Source of the DNA: an uncultured delta proteobacterium
GTDB taxonomy: Bacteria > Desulfobacterota > Desulfobacteria > Desulfobacterales > Desulfatirhabdiaceae
DNA: 64,000 nt
Reading direction: 5' to 3'
Assembly: GCA_963789395.1 (NCBI GenBank)
Contig: CAWBKP010000012.1
Location: 1 to 64,000, forward strand
Below are positions 1 through 12,540 of this stretch, piece after piece. A program made the position numbers and the translations under genes. The notes beneath the pieces are model-generated. The model had not been told where the DNA came from. It saw only the letters and a program-made list of their open reading frames with translations, and did not search any database. Positions within the stretch are counted from its first letter, which is position 1. Each line of letters opens with the position of its first letter.

Positions 1-775
1 TCTCGAAGGAAGCCCTGGACAAGGCCATGAAGACGATCGCCTGGTCCGTTGGGAAATTCGCCGAAAAGGGCAAGATTGCCGAAGACAGGGAAACCGTGAT
101 GAAGCGGATTACCGCAACCAGGATGTATGCGGCCGGAAAAGATGCGGACCTGGCCATCGAAGCCATTTACGAAAACATGGAACTCAAGCAGGAAATATTC
201 AGAAAACTGGATCAGGTCTGCGGCCCGCGGACCCTGATCGCCAGCAACACCTCATCCATTCCCATCACGGAACTGGCGGCCGTGACCCGGAGGCCGGAAA
301 AGGTTCTGGGCATCCATTTTTTCAGCCCCGTTCCCATGATGCAGGCCGTTGAGGTCATCAAGGGCGTATCCACTTCCGATGAAACCGCACAAGACCGGCA
401 AGGACTTTGTCATCCAGATCGGCAAGGAGCCCATCATGGTGAACCGGGACATCGCCGGATTTGTCATCAACCGGATCAATTTTCCTTCCACCATCGAGGC
501 CATGAACCTGGTGGAGCAGGGGGTGGCGACGGTCGAGGATATCGACAAGGGGCTTCGCCTGGCTTCGGGAAGAAAAATGGGAATTTTTGAAACCGGCGAC
601 ATGGTGGGTCTGGATATCACTTACGGGGCCATGATGTCCATCTACAAGGAAACCGGAGATCCCCGGATTCTATCCGCCCCTATTGCTCAGGCGCAAAGTC
701 AAGGCCGGGCAGCTTGGCCGGAAAACCGGCAGGGGATGGTACACGTACAACGAAGACGGAACCCGAAAAGCATAA
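1..775 (+). CDS. 3-hydroxyacyl-CoA (3-hydroxybutyryl-CoA-type) dehydrogenase, 5' truncated by window edge, frameshifted
   Basis: Motifs AIEAIYEN, ASNTSSIPIT and GIHFFSPVPMM in ORF 27-590; GFVINRI and GIFETGDMVGLD in ORF 349-891; C-terminus KTGRGWYTY in a third frame ending TAA at 775. Confidence 0.9.
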
Positions 776-787
776 GGAACTGGAAAA

Positions 788-2577
788 ATGGGACATTTCA
801 AGGTCAATCAGAAGGACATTTTCTTCATATTGAAGGAACAGCTCAATTACGGTCATCTCTGTACCCTGGACCGTTACAGGGATCTGAATGAAAAGACCCT
901 GGATCTGATGGTCAGCGAAGCCATCAGCTTTGCCAGAGGGGTTCTGGACCCCCTGAACGAAATCGGGGAAACCCGGGGTCTGACATTTGACAAGGGCAAG
1001 GTTATTCTGCCCGCCGGAGTTTAAAAAAGCCTTCAGGCAGTACGGGGCCGACGGCTGGACAGCCGCGGCCCGAGACCCGGAATACGGCGGCCAGGGCTTT
1101 CCCCACATGATGCGCATCATTATCAACGACATGATGTACGGGGCCTGCCAGTCCTTCAACATGGCCCCGAGCCTGACCCACGGCGCGGCCCACCTGATCG
1201 AAAGTTTCGGCAGCGAAGACATCAAACAGCGTTTTGTTCCCAGAATGTTCGGCGGCGACTGGGCCGGCACCATGTGCCTGACCGAATCCAATGCCGGATC
1301 CAATCTTGCCGATCTTCAGACGACAGCGTTCCGTGAAGGGGACCATTTTAAGATCAAGGGAACAAAAGTCTTTATATCCTGGGGGGAGCACGACCTGACG
1401 GACAACATCATCCATCTGGTGCTGGCGCGGATCGACGGCGCGCCCGAAGGGGTCAGGGGCATTTCCCTTTTTGTCGTTCCAAAAATCCGCGTCAATGCCG
1501 ACGGCTCTCTGGGGGAGCCAAACGACGTGGTCTGCGGATCGATTGAAGAAAAACTCGGCCTGCATGCCTCTCCGACCGCGGTGCTGAATTTCGGCGCTTC
1601 CGACGGGTGCATCGGCTACCTCTGCGGCAAGGAGAACAACGGACTGGCCCACATGTTCCAGATGATGAATGCCGCAAGAATCAATACGGGCGTCAGCGGC
1701 ATGACCCTTGCCGGCACCGCCTACCGAAACGCCCTGGAATATACCCGGGAGCGCATTCAGGGAAGGGACATCGCCAGAAGAAAAGAAGGCAACGTGGCCA
1801 TCATCGATCATCCGGATGTGCGGCGCATGCTGCTGTGGATGAAGGCAATGGTGGACGGCATGCGCTCCATGATCTATACCGGCGCCTACTGGGCGGAGCT
1901 GGCCCTTGAGCTGCCGGGCGGAACAGAAAAGGGCCGGTATCAGGACCTGGTGGATTTCACGACCCCCATCATCAAGGCCTATTGCTCGGACATGGGATTC
2001 CGGGTATGCGAAACCGCCATCCAGTGCCTGGGCGGATATGGATTCTGCAAGGATTACCCGCTGGAGCAGTACCTGAGGGATGCCAAGATCATGTCGCTGT
2101 ACGAGGGAACCAACGGGGTCCAGTCCATGGATCTGATGGGCCGGAAAATGACGATCCGGGACGGCGCGCCGTTTAATGCGTTCAAAACCGAAATCGATGC
2201 TTTCTGCGAGAAACACCGGGAGCACCCGGAACTTGGCGACAGGGTCCGGGCCCTTGCCGGCGTGGGGAAACGGCTTTGGGAAGCCGCCGGGGAAATGAAG
2301 ACACCGGATGACTTCGGATCCGCTCCAGTGGGCTTCCTACACCTATCCGGCCCTGATCGCTTTCGGGGAAGTCGCCATGGCCTGGCGCCTGCTGGATATG
2401 GCCATCATCGCCCATCCATCTACCCGGAAAAAAGGCAAGGAAAGCGATTTTTACAAAGGAAAGGTATTTCAGGCCACATATTTTGTGGACATGACCCTGC
2501 CCCATACCCTGGCCACCATCGAAACCTGCTGCCGTCACGGCAGAGAGATCCTGGAAATCCCGGACAATGCATTTTAA
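788..2577 (+). CDS. Acyl-CoA dehydrogenase (long, ~600 aa type), frameshifts near 1010 and 2305
   Basis: GTMCLTESNAGS, EEKLGLHASPT, GGYGFCKDYPLEQYLRD and LYEGTNGVQ spread over ORFs 788-1024, 987-2651 and 2308-2577. Confidence 0.92.
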
Positions 2578-2586
2578 GAGGAAACT

Positions 2587-3877
2587 ATGAACGAAGCTGT
2601 AATTATCGGTGCCGTCAGAACCCCGGTCGGCAAGTACATGGGGGCGCTTAAAACCGTTGAAGCCTATGATCTGGCGGCCATTGCGCTTGCCGGAGCCGTC
2701 AGGCAGGCAGGGATCGATCCTTCTCTGGTGGATGAAGTGGTCATGGGCCAGTCCTACCAGAACGGCGAATATGTCAATATCGCCCGGATGGCGCTGTTGA
2801 AAGGCCGGATGGCCGGAAAGCATTCCGGGAATCACCCTTGACCGGCGCTGCTGCACGGGTCTGGATGTGGTCCGGTATGCCGCGGCATTGATCGCCTCCG
2901 ACCAGGCCGAAATCGTGGTTGCCGGCGGCGTGGAGAGCATGAGCAACGCCGAGTTTTACCTTCCCGGAAGCATGAAATGGGGCGTGGGCGGGACCAGAGG
3001 CATGCCCAAGGGTCACGGGGACCTGGCGATCTGGGGTCTGCCTTTTTACGACCGGATTCAGCGGGCAAGGGTCATGTCTCAGCCGCAGGACCGCTACGGC
3101 ATTCTGCCGTCCATGATGTCCTGGGCCGAAACCGCGGCAAAGGAAGAAAATGTTTCGCGCCAGAGCTGCGACGAATGGGCGGTTGAAAGCCATAAAAAGG
3201 CTTGCGCGGCCATGGATGCCGGCAAGTTCCGCGATGAAATCATTCCGGTATCCGTGATTCAGCCAAAGGGAGAGCCGGTGATCGTGGACCGGGATGAAAA
3301 CCCGAGAGCCGATACCACCCTTGAGAAACTGGCAAAATTGAAACCGGTTCTGGGCGGCGTCTGCACGGCCGGCAATTCGTCAACGGAAAACGACGGGGCT
3401 GCGGCCGTGGTCGTTGTATCGGCAAAAAAAGCGGCGGAGCTGGGGATCAAACCGTTTGCAACGTTCAGAAGCTGCGCCGTTGCCGGGGCCGATCCCAGGC
3501 GGGCCTACAAAACCGTTCCCATAGCGGTTGAAAAGGCGCTGGCCGCGGCAGGTCTGAACATGGCACAAATGGAACTTATCGAAATTCAGGAGGCCTTTGC
3601 AGCCCAGGTGCTGGCGGATCTGAATGAAATGGGGGTCGGGCCGACGGATTACCCAAGGGTCAATGTAAACGGCTCCGGCATTTCGCTGGGCCATCCCATT
3701 GCCTGTACCGGAACCCGGGTGCTGGTCACCCTGCTGCATGAAATGAGACGGCGCGGCGCCCGGTTCGGGCTGGAATGCATCTGCGGCGGCGGGGGACTGG
3801 GCATTGCCGCTGTACTGGAACGAAAGATGAAACTGATGTTTCCTCTACCCCTTTTCAAAAGGGGGGATTATCCGTGA
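2587..3877 (+). CDS. Acetyl-CoA C-acyltransferase (thiolase), frameshifted near 2800-2830
   Basis: AVRTPVG, AGGVESMS, TAGNSS, QEAFAAQ, GISLGHPIACTG, CGGGGLG. Confidence 0.92.
3841..3870. repeat. REP-like palindrome, CCCC-TTT..AAA-GGGG family (copy 1)
   Basis: ccccttttcaaaagggggg; related copies at ~7851-7927, ~12541-12576 and ~24091-24165. Confidence 0.7.
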
Positions 3878-3931
3878 TGGTCAATTTTTTAAACAGATAG
3901 TCTGTTTAAATGCCGGCAAGGAGGATGGAAC

Positions 3932-5131
3932 ATGAACAAAAATATTCATGATGTGGTGGTGATCGATGCCGTGCGGACGGCTTTCGGGCGCGCCGGTGAA
4001 AAAGGCATTTTCTGGAATACCCGGGCCGAGGATCTGTCTGTTGCCGTGCTGAAGGCCCTGATGGCAAGAAATCCCCAGGTCAGGCCCTGCGATATCGAAG
4101 ATGTGATCTGGGGGGCGACGAACCAGATCAAGGAGCAGGGCGGCACCATCGGCAGGATGATCTCGATGCTGGCGGACTGGGGATGGGAAATTCCCGGGAT
4201 GCTCGGTTGACCGCATGTGCGCGGGCGGCCTGACCGCAACGGGATTCGGCGTTTCCTATATCGCCAGCGGCATGGCCGATTGTCTGATCGCAGGCGGTGT
4301 CGAGCACATGGGGCATCTGCCCATGGGGTTCATGCGGGACAATCACCCCCGGTTCGAAGAAGTCATGGGAGATGCTTCGGCCTTTAACATGGGGCAGACC
4401 GCCGAGAATATCCATGACCGGTTCCCCGAGTTTACCAAGGAAATGGCCGATGCTTATGCCGCGGCCTGCCAGAAAAAAGCCCATCAGGCCATTCAGTCCG
4501 GCAAAATGAAGGACATGATCATTCCCATCGACGTGGAGATGGCGGACGGCACCCGGCTTGACGGCGGACAAGGATCAGCATCCGCGTCCGGAAACCACGA
4601 TCGAAACCCTTGCCGGGCTGAAAACCCCGTTCCGGGAACAGGGCGGCCGCGTATCCGCCGGAAATGCCTCGGGCCTGAATGACGGGGCTGCGGCCGTTCT
4701 TCTGATGAGCGCGGAAAAAGCCAAAGCCCTGGGACTTTCGCCGCGCATGCGGTGGGTATCCACCGGGATTGCCGGCGTGGATCCGAGAATCATGGGCACG
4801 GCCCCGGTTCCGGCTACCGAAAAAGCCCTGTCAAAAGCCGGCCTGACCATGAAGGACATCGATATCATCGAGGTCAACGAGGCATTCGCCGTTCAGGCCC
4901 TCTATGATCTGGACCGCCTGGGACTGAAAGCCGATGATCCCAGGGTCAATATCTGGGGCGGCGCCATTGCCTACGGGCATCCGCTGGCCTCATCCGGACC
5001 GCGCCTGATTGCCTTCATGGCCGGGCTTTTCAGGGAAAACCCCAAGGCCCGCTACGGCCTGACCACCATGTGCGTGGGCCGGGGCCAGGGATATTCGATG
5101 ATTTGGGAAAACATGCAAATCAGCCAGATAA
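3932..5131 (+). CDS. Thiolase (second paralogue), several frameshifts; end approximate
   Basis: DAVRTAFG, DRMC (catalytic Cys), GGVEHM, AGNASGLNDGAA, NEAFA, GGAIAYGHP, MCVGRGQG. Confidence 0.9.
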
Positions 5132-5151
5132 TATTTCCGGAGAATCGATTC

Positions 5152-6552
5152 ATGGGAAAATCTGTATATTCGAAAAGGAATATGACGCCAGGCTGATCTC
5201 GGCGGAGCAGGCCGCCGGAATGGTGAAATCCGGAGACAGCATCCATTTCGGCGGCGCGGCGAATGTTGCAACCGTGATCGACAAATACCTGGCCGAAAGA
5301 AAGGCGGAACTTGAGAACGTCACGGTCCGCTCCTACATCGATACGGCCCGGTACCGGATCTGCGACGCCGATCCGGAAGGCGAGGTGTTTAAATGGCACA
5401 GCGGATTCGTGCTGGGGTTTACCCGGGAGTTGTCCAAAAAACGGGGGATCGGCATCTATACTCCCAGCACCTGGCACAATGTGCCGGCCTTTATCCGCAG
5501 CAGCCTGAAATTTGATATCTTCTTTCTGGTAACCGCGCCGATGGATGCGGCCGGGTATTTCAATTTCGGCCTGACCACGGGAGAAACCATGGCCATCGCG
5601 GATGTGTCGGATAAAATCGTCGTCATTGTCCGAAAGGACATGCCCACGATTTTCGGCGGCCATGAAGAGGGAATTCATATTTCGCGGGTGGATCATATCG
5701 TCGAAGACCATGAATTTGAAACCTTCTGCCTGCCGATGGTCAAAGGCGCTCCCCAGGATAAAATGATCGCCGAAAATATTCTGGGCGCAAACCTGATCAA
5801 AAACGGATCGACGCTTCAGATCGGCATCGGCGGGCTTCCCAATTCGGTTCTGGATCTGCTGAAAGACGGCGGGATTCAAAAACTGCGGATTTCATACCGA
5901 GATGCTGACCGAAAAAATGCTGGACCTGATCGAGAGCCGGCGTGGTCACCAACAGTGAAAAAAAAATGGACAGGTTCAAGTCCGTCTTCGCCTTCGGCCT
6001 GGGCAGCCGGAAACTCTATGATTTTGCCGACCGGAATCCCGCCTTTGCCACATATCCGGTCAGTTACACCAACAGTCCCCTGGTCATTGCCGGCCAGCCG
6101 AACATGTTTTCACTGAACAGCGCTGCCCAGGTGGATCTGACCGGACAGATCGCCTCCGAGCAGATCGGCGGCGACAGGCCGGTTCAGATCAGCGGCACCG
6201 GCGGACAGCTCGACTTTGTCATGGGCACCATGCTGTCCCATGACGGAAACGGCGTCAGCGTGATCGCCCTTTACTCGGAGCACAAGGGAGAATCCAAAAT
6301 CGTACCGCTGCTTCCCAAAGGCGCCAATGTCACGGTTCCCAGATCCATGGTGGATCATGTGGCCACGGAATGGGGAATCGCCCGCCTGCGGGGCCTTACG
6401 GTCGGCGAACGGGCCAGGGCACTGATCGCCATCGCCCATCCCAAAAACCGGGACGGACTGGAAAAAGAGGCAAAAGGCGCCGGACTGCTTCCTTACGCGC
6501 CGGCCCATCGGACAGCAAAATGCCAAGAGGGGTGATTGTCCGCAAGGAATAG
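5152..6552 (+). CDS. Acetyl-CoA hydrolase/transferase family (4-hydroxybutyrate CoA-transferase-like), frameshifted
   Basis: LQIGIGGLPN, QISGTGGQLDF, VATEWGIARLRG, RARALIAIAHP; ATG at 5152 after GGAG. Confidence 0.88.
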
Positions 6553-6624
6553 AAAGCTGCTTTGGAAACGGGATTCAAACAGTTCCCCGGTCTCAGAAAC
6601 AGTTTTATACAGGAGAATCGAGAA

Positions 6625-7788
6625 ATGGATTTTGGACTTTCCAAGGAACATGAAATGCTGCGAAAAGCGGTTCGCGAGTTTGCGGCCAAAAAAATAGCGC
6701 CTTTTGCCGATCAGTGGGATGCCGAGAATTACCTGCCGGTGAAGGAAGTCATCAAACCCATGGGAGATCTGGGATTTTTCGGGGCCGTCATTCCGGAAGC
6801 ATACGGCGGGGAAAACATGGGATGGATGGCCGCGGTCATCATCACCGAAGAAATCGCCAGGGCATCCAGTTCCCTGCGGGTGCAGTACAACCTGCTGGGG
6901 CTTGGATGCGCCTACCCCATCTATTGCTACGGCACCGAAGCCATCAAGCAGAAATACGTTCCCAAGCTCTGCAGCGGCGAATATCTCGGGGGGTTTGCCA
7001 TCACCGAACCGGATGCGGGTTCGGACATCATGTCCATGAAAACCCTGGCCGAGGACAAGGGCGACCACTGGCTGCTGAACGGCTCCAAGACCTGGATATC
7101 GAACGCGAATCAGGCCGACATCGTGATCTGTTACTGCTATACCGATCCTGCCAAAAAAAGCAAGGGGATGTCCGCCCTGGTGATCGAACTGAAGAATTTC
7201 AACGGCATCACCACGACGGATCTGGACAAAATGGGTTCGCATTCCTCGCCGACCGGAGAGATTTTTTTCAACAACACCAAAGTTCCCAAGGAAAACATTC
7301 TGGGCCAACCCGGAGACGGGGCCAATATCGTTTTCAGCTCTTTGAACAACACCCGGATATCGGCCGCGGCCGGCGCCGTGGGATGCGCCCAGGCCTGTCT
7401 GGACATGGCCGTCAAATACTGCAACCAGAGAAAGCAGTTCGGAAAGCCGATCGGGGAATTCCAGATGAACCAGGACATGATCGCCCAGATGTCCACGGAG
7501 ATCGAGGCGGCCCGGCTTCTGGTTTACAAGGGGGCCTGGCAGAAGGATCAGGGCCATCTGAACAACGGGCTGGAAGTGGCCCAGGCCAAATACATGGCAG
7601 GCGAAGTGGCCATGAAATGCGCCAATTTCGCCATGCGGATCATGGGCGCTTACGGCTATTCCACGGAATACCCGATTGCCCGCTATTACCGGGATATTCC
7701 CACATACGTGATCGTTGAAGGCTCCGCGAACATCTGCAAGCAGATCATTGCCATGGACCAGCTTGGATACCGCAAGGCCAGCCGTTAG
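6625..7788 (+). CDS. acd: Glutaryl-CoA dehydrogenase, non-decarboxylating type (Desulfococcus Acd/GDH-like)
   Basis: Intact ORF; SSSLRVQYN, ITEPDAGSD, EDKGDHWLLNGSKTWISNA, FQMNQDMIAQM, GAYGYSTEYP, VEGSANICK and DQLGYRKASR match my recollection of the Desulfococcus multivorans enzyme. Confidence 0.8.
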   Translation: MDFGLSKEHEMLRKAVREFAAKKIAPFADQWDAENYLPVKEVIKPMGDLGFFGAVIPEAYGGENMGWMAAVIITEEIARASSSLRVQYNLLGLGCAYPIYCYGTEAIKQKYVPKLCSGEYLGGFAITEPDAGSDIMSMKTLAEDKGDHWLLNGSKTWISNANQADIVICYCYTDPAKKSKGMSALVIELKNFNGITTTDLDKMGSHSSPTGEIFFNNTKVPKENILGQPGDGANIVFSSLNNTRISAAAGAVGCAQACLDMAVKYCNQRKQFGKPIGEFQMNQDMIAQMSTEIEAARLLVYKGAWQKDQGHLNNGLEVAQAKYMAGEVAMKCANFAMRIMGAYGYSTEYPIARYYRDIPTYVIVEGSANICKQIIAMDQLGYRKASR

Positions 7789-7850
7789 CAAACGGATGAA
7801 CGCATATCATGAATCCGCAAACGATGCACAATAACGCATGTAAGTGATAG

Positions 7851-7927
7851 CTCCCCTTTGGAAAGGGGATTGAGGGATTTCCGCACACTTGAAATCCCCC
7901 TGACTACCCGTTTCAAAGGGGGGGAAT
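7851..7927. repeat. Inverted pair of CCCC-TTT..AAA-GGGG REP-like units
   Basis: ctcccctttggaaaggggattgagggatttc ... gaaatccccctgactacccgtttcaaaggggggg. Confidence 0.7.
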
Positions 7928-7977
7928 ATTTTGTGGTAAAAATCAATAATCACATTCAACAAAGATGGAGGCCCCAA

Positions 7978-8994
7978 ATGAAAAGATTTACAGCACTTGC
8001 CATTTGTTTTGTCGTCTGCGCCATGATGGTATGGCCCCGGACCGGCAGCGCCGAAAACGTCAAGCTGCGGCTTCAGTGTGTTTATCCTGAAAAAGCCTAT
8101 GTCGGCCAGAACACGCAGTTTTTTGCGGAACGCGTCGCGGCCCTGACCAACGGGGAAGTGAGCATCAAGATTTTCTGGCCGGATCAGCTCGTTAAAACCA
8201 ACGAGGCCTTTGACGCCATGTCCAAGGGAATGATCGACGGATATTCGGGAAGCATGCTCTATTTTTCCGGCTATGTTCCGGAAGTCAACTGCGAATGGCT
8301 TCCCTTCGGCTGGGCCGATCCCAAGGAAGTGATGGATCTGTATAAAAATCACGGCTGGCTCGAATTGATGCGGGAGGCGACCCTGAAACACGGCGTTCAT
8401 TATGTGGCGCCGCTTGGCGTGGCGTCCATGGGCCTTATCACCAATTTTCCGGTCAACAGCGTTGCGGACATGAAGGGTAAAAAGATCCGGGCCGTGGGCA
8501 TGGAAGCCAAGATCATCGATGCCCTGGGCGCCTCTCCGGTGGCCATTTCCGGCGCCGAACAGTACATGGCCCTGAAACAGGGCACGGTTGAAGGCACCAA
8601 TTATCCGTTTTATACGATCGGAAATTACAAGCTTTACGAAGTCGCCACCCATATCATCCGTCCGGCCCTGTACACGCCCGGCGTTGTGGAAATCCTGCTG
8701 AACGACAAGGTCTATCAGTCCCTTCCGGAAAATCACCGCAAGGCCGTTGATCAGGCCGGCTGGGAAACTTTTTTGCGGACCGTGGAACTCAATCCGGTCT
8801 GGGACGAAGAAGCCTATAAAATCTGCAAGGAAAAAAATGTCACCATCATTGACCTGACCCCGGAAACCGTGAACCAGTTCCGGAAGATGACCCTTCCGCT
8901 GTGGAATGACATCGCATCCAAGAGCGACACCAGCGCCAAGCTCGTTGCCTCTCTCAAGGCGTATCTGGTTAAAAAAGGGATCACCCTTGATTGA
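7978..8994 (+). CDS. dctP: TRAP transporter substrate-binding protein
   Basis: Signal peptide; VAALTNGEVSIKIF, DMKGKKIRA, EQYMALKQGTVEG. Confidence 0.92.
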   Translation: MKRFTALAICFVVCAMMVWPRTGSAENVKLRLQCVYPEKAYVGQNTQFFAERVAALTNGEVSIKIFWPDQLVKTNEAFDAMSKGMIDGYSGSMLYFSGYVPEVNCEWLPFGWADPKEVMDLYKNHGWLELMREATLKHGVHYVAPLGVASMGLITNFPVNSVADMKGKKIRAVGMEAKIIDALGASPVAISGAEQYMALKQGTVEGTNYPFYTIGNYKLYEVATHIIRPALYTPGVVEILLNDKVYQSLPENHRKAVDQAGWETFLRTVELNPVWDEEAYKICKEKNVTIIDLTPETVNQFRKMTLPLWNDIASKSDTSAKLVASLKAYLVKKGITLD

Positions 8995-9006
8995 TTGTAT
9001 TACAGT

Positions 9007-9047
9007 GCCGGGCCAGGGAAGTATATGATTTCCTGCGCCCGGTTTTT
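9007..9047 (+). terminator. Hairpin plus T-tract between dctP and dctQ
   Basis: ccgggccagggaa...tttcctgcgcccgg followed by ttttt. Confidence 0.5.
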
Positions 9048-9071
9048 CCTGACTGTGGAGATAGATACCAT

Positions 9072-9585
9072 ATGAATCGTTTCAGTGACTTCATTGATCG
9101 CCTGAACACCTGGATCGGCAGAAAAGCGGCTTTTCTGATCCTTCCGCTCGTGTTCGTCATCATGTACGAGGTGTTAAGCCGCTATCTGTTCAATGCCCCC
9201 ACCCGATGGTCCAACGAAATCAGCCAGTACCTGCTTGTGGCCGTGGTCATGCTGGGGGGCGGATACTGCCTGGTCGACAACGAACATGTCAACGTGGATA
9301 TCTTTTATCGCAATTTCACCTGGAGAACCCGTGCCATTGTTGAAATCCTTACTTTTATCATGGTTGTCTCCTTTGTAACCGCCATCGTCTGGAAAGGCGG
9401 CGAACTCTGCTACGACGCCCTGATTCACGACAAGCGGTCCCAGACCATCCTGGCAATGCCCTTGTTTCCCTCCATGGTCATGGTTCCCATCGGTGCGGCC
9501 CTGATCGGCCTTCAGAGCCTGGCCAGGGCCCTGCGTGCGGCCATGCAACTGACCCGTGGGACAGAACCCGGAAAGGAGAGCCTGA
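9072..9585 (+). CDS. dctQ: TRAP small permease (read in-frame with dctM in this assembly)
   Basis: YEVLSRYLFNAPTRWSNEIS, EHVNVDIFY; four hydrophobic segments. Confidence 0.85.
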
Positions 9586-9588
9586 TCC

Positions 9589-10898
9589 ATGGAAACATGG
9601 ACCCTTGCGATTATTGTGGTGAGCGCCTGATTTTTCTGCTCTGTCTGGGCATTCCCATTTCCTTTACCCTGTGCGGCATCGCCACCATCGGCATTTTGTT
9701 TACCTGGGGCCCCAAAGGCCTGCTGCTTTTGTTTAACGACGCCTACGGCGAGTCCTCCAGCTTTCTGCTGTCGGCCATTCCGCTTTTTATCTTCATGGCA
9801 AACCAGCTAAAGGCCAGCGGCATGGGCGATGATCTCTACGAAGTGGTTTACCGCTGGATGGGCCGGGTGCCCGGAGGGCTTGCCATCGGCACGGTCATCA
9901 TCTGCGCCCTGTTTGCGGCAATGGCCGGGGTCAGCTCGGTCGCCACCGTCAGCATGGGGCTGATCGCCCTGCCTTCGATGCTGAAACGGGGATATAAAAA
10001 AGAGCTGGCCGTGGGGTGCATTTCGGCGGCCGGCGCCCTGGGCATCCTGATTCCCCCGTCCATCATCATGGTGCTGTACGGGGCCGTTGCCGAGGTTTCC
10101 GTGGGAAAGCTCTTTATCGGCGGCATCATTCCGGGACTTCTGATGTGCGCGATCTTTATCGTCTATATTCTGATCCGCACGATGATGAACAAGAATATCG
10201 CCCCGCCTGTCAATGAAAGCTATACCCTGAAGGAAAAACTGGTTGTCTTAAAAGGCGTCATTCTTCCCGTGATCCTGATCGTGATCGTTCTCGGCGTCAT
10301 TTATTTCGGTATCTGCACGCCCACGGAAGCCTCCGCGGTCGGTGCTTTCGGCGCCATGGCCTGCGCTTTTTTCTACGGCAAGCTGACCTGGAAGAACCTG
10401 AAGGAATCCCTCTGGGGCGCCATCAAAATCAATGCCATGATTTTCTGGCTCATCATCGGGGCCACCGCCTTTACCCATTTCATGTCCTATGCGGAAATTC
10501 AGGGACTGATCCAGAAAAGCGTTCTGTCGCTGCATGTTTCCCCCTGGCTGATCCTGATCGCCATTCAATGCATTTATTTTGTTCTGGGCATGTTTCTGGA
10601 TCCGGCCGGCATTCTCATGCTGACCACGCCGATTTTTGTGCCCATCATCACGGAACTGGGATTCGACCCCCTCTGGTTCGGCATACTCTTTGTGGTCAAC
10701 ATGGAAATGGCCTATATCACGCCGCCCTTCGGGTTCAATCTCTTTATCATGAAAGGGATCGTGCCTCCGGACATCACCATGATGGACATCTACCGCTCCA
10801 TCATGCCTTTTGTCATGCTTCAGATGATCTGCCTGATTCTGCTGATGGTTTTTCCGGAACTGGCCACCTGGCTCCCGAACATGATGGTGACCCGGTAG
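9589..10898 (+). CDS. dctM: TRAP large permease
   Basis: AIPLFIFMA, GALGILIPPSI, TPTEASAVG, ITPPFGFNLF; probable own start AAGGAG..ATG at 9589. Confidence 0.9.
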
Positions 10899-11003
10899 CA
10901 TTATTTTCGACAGCCGTAATAACTCGAATTTTGAATAGTACCGATAACGAATTCGGTTTTGCCGGAAGGATTTCCGTTCCCCATACCATAACGGAGGTTT
11001 TAC

Positions 11004-11526
11004 ATGGTTCCGAAATACGAAAAATTCTCTTTGCATCCGATCTGTCGGAACATGCCAGATACACCTTCGACCATGCGGCGATCATTGCCGCATACAGCAA
11101 GGCGCGGATCATCATTTTGCATGTCATGGAAGAACTGGCGTCCCGGAGCGGAAGAACGGGTGGCCGAGGCTTTTGGCAAGGAATTGTACCAGGAACTGAA
11201 AACCCAAAAAAAAGAAGGCGCCCGGGAAATCCTGATTCACAAAAAAACCAAGGCGCCGAAAATCCGGGAATATCTGGCCGATATCTGCAAGGAACCCGGT
11301 CCGGGGGGTGATTCCCGGAGAAAACGACGTGATCGAGGACATCATGGTTGTTGAAGGAAATGTTGCCGATGAAATCATTTCCGTTGCAGCGGAACAAGCC
11401 TGCGACATCATCGTCATGGGAAGCCGTCAGCGCAGCCTCCTGGCCGAGGCGTTTTCCGGCAGCGTGGTCAGAAAAGTGCTGCGACGCGCCAGAAAACCCG
11501 TATTTGTCGTTCCGCTTCCGGAATAG
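11004..11526 (+). CDS. Universal stress protein, frameshifted
   Basis: KILFASDLSE, IILHVMEE, GNVADEII, DIIVMGS, GSVVRKVLR across three frames. Confidence 0.85.
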
Positions 11527-11570
11527 CCCGGATCCCGTCATTCCGGCGAATGCCGGAATGACCGGGATCT
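11527..11570. repeat. GTCATTCCGGC-GAAN-GCCGGAAT palindrome (REP-like), possible terminator
   Basis: gatcccgtcattccggcgaatgccggaatgaccgggatc; same core as at 31848 and, on the reverse strand, at 14004. Confidence 0.75.
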
Positions 11571-11717
11571 GCCCGCCCAATGCATAAAAAGCGGACTGGA
11601 AGAATATCGTCAGATTTCAGGATTCCGGTTTAAGCCAGAATTAGGTATTGAATCGTTTACAACAGAAGGCGGTCCATATGATCATGAATGTTACCCAATT
11701 CAAAAAGGAGAAGAATA

Positions 11718-12494
11718 TTGCCCCAATACCAGAACATAACATATGAATTGAATCGGCCATATTGCCGTCATCACCATCGATCATCCGCCTGCCAATACCT
11801 GGAATCTGGCGACCTTGAACGAATTCGAAGAAGCGATCGGCCTGGTGGAAAATGATGGAAATGTCCGGGTTCTCGTCCTTACCGGCGCCGGCGAAAAATG
11901 TTTTTCCGCCGGTTTTGATGTCAGCGATGCCGTCAATGCGCCCGTTATCAGCCCCAAGGCGCGTGAACTGTGGCGAAGGATCGATCGCTTTTCCAAACCG
12001 GTCATTGCCGCCATCAACGGCCATGCACTCGGCGGCGGCCTGGAGCTGGCCATTTCCTGCCATTTCCGGATCATGGCGGATGCGCCCAGGGCCATGGTCG
12101 GCCTTACGGAACTGAATCTCGGCATCATTCCGGGCTGGGGGGCTCTCAGCGTCTTTCCCGGATCGTGGGTCGTCCGGCGGCCCTTGAGATGATCCTGTTG
12201 AGCAAAAAACTCACTGCGCAAGCAGGCGCTGAGATCGGGCTCGTCAATGCAACTGTCGGCTCCCGGAAGCCTGATGGACGACGCGATGGCCTTTGCAGAC
12301 AATTCTGGCGGATCGCCCGCCGATCGCCGTGCGCTGCGTACTGGATGCCATTTCGGCCGGGCTTTACGAAGGACTCGATGCCGGGCTGGATGTGGAAGCC
12401 CAGGGCAGCGCGACGGTTCGAAGCCAGTGAAGACTGCAAGGAAGGTTTTACCGCTTTTCTGGAAAAACGAAAACCTGTTTTTACCGGAAGATAA
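11718..12494 (+). CDS. Enoyl-CoA hydratase/isomerase, frameshifted
   Basis: TTG start after AAGGAG; IDHPPAN, FSAGFD, AAINGHALGGGLELA, ELNLGIIPGWG, EGFTAFLEKRKP. Confidence 0.9.
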
Positions 12495-12540
12495 GCATTT
12501 TTGCCGGCATTTCCGCATGGGCTGGTCGCAAGAGATAACG

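Noticed and set aside
4558..5196. Thiolase ORF extending into the CoA-transferase start
   Set aside because: Explained by indels near 5125 and 5170; a separate GGAG and ATG at 5152 exist.
8991..10898. Apparent DctQ-DctM fusion (635 aa ORF)
   Set aside because: The +1 frame has TGA at 9583, AAGGAG and ATG at 9589 giving a typical hydrophobic start (METWTLAIIVVSA), while the fused linker looks like junk. Two compensating indels are more likely; reads are needed to settle it.
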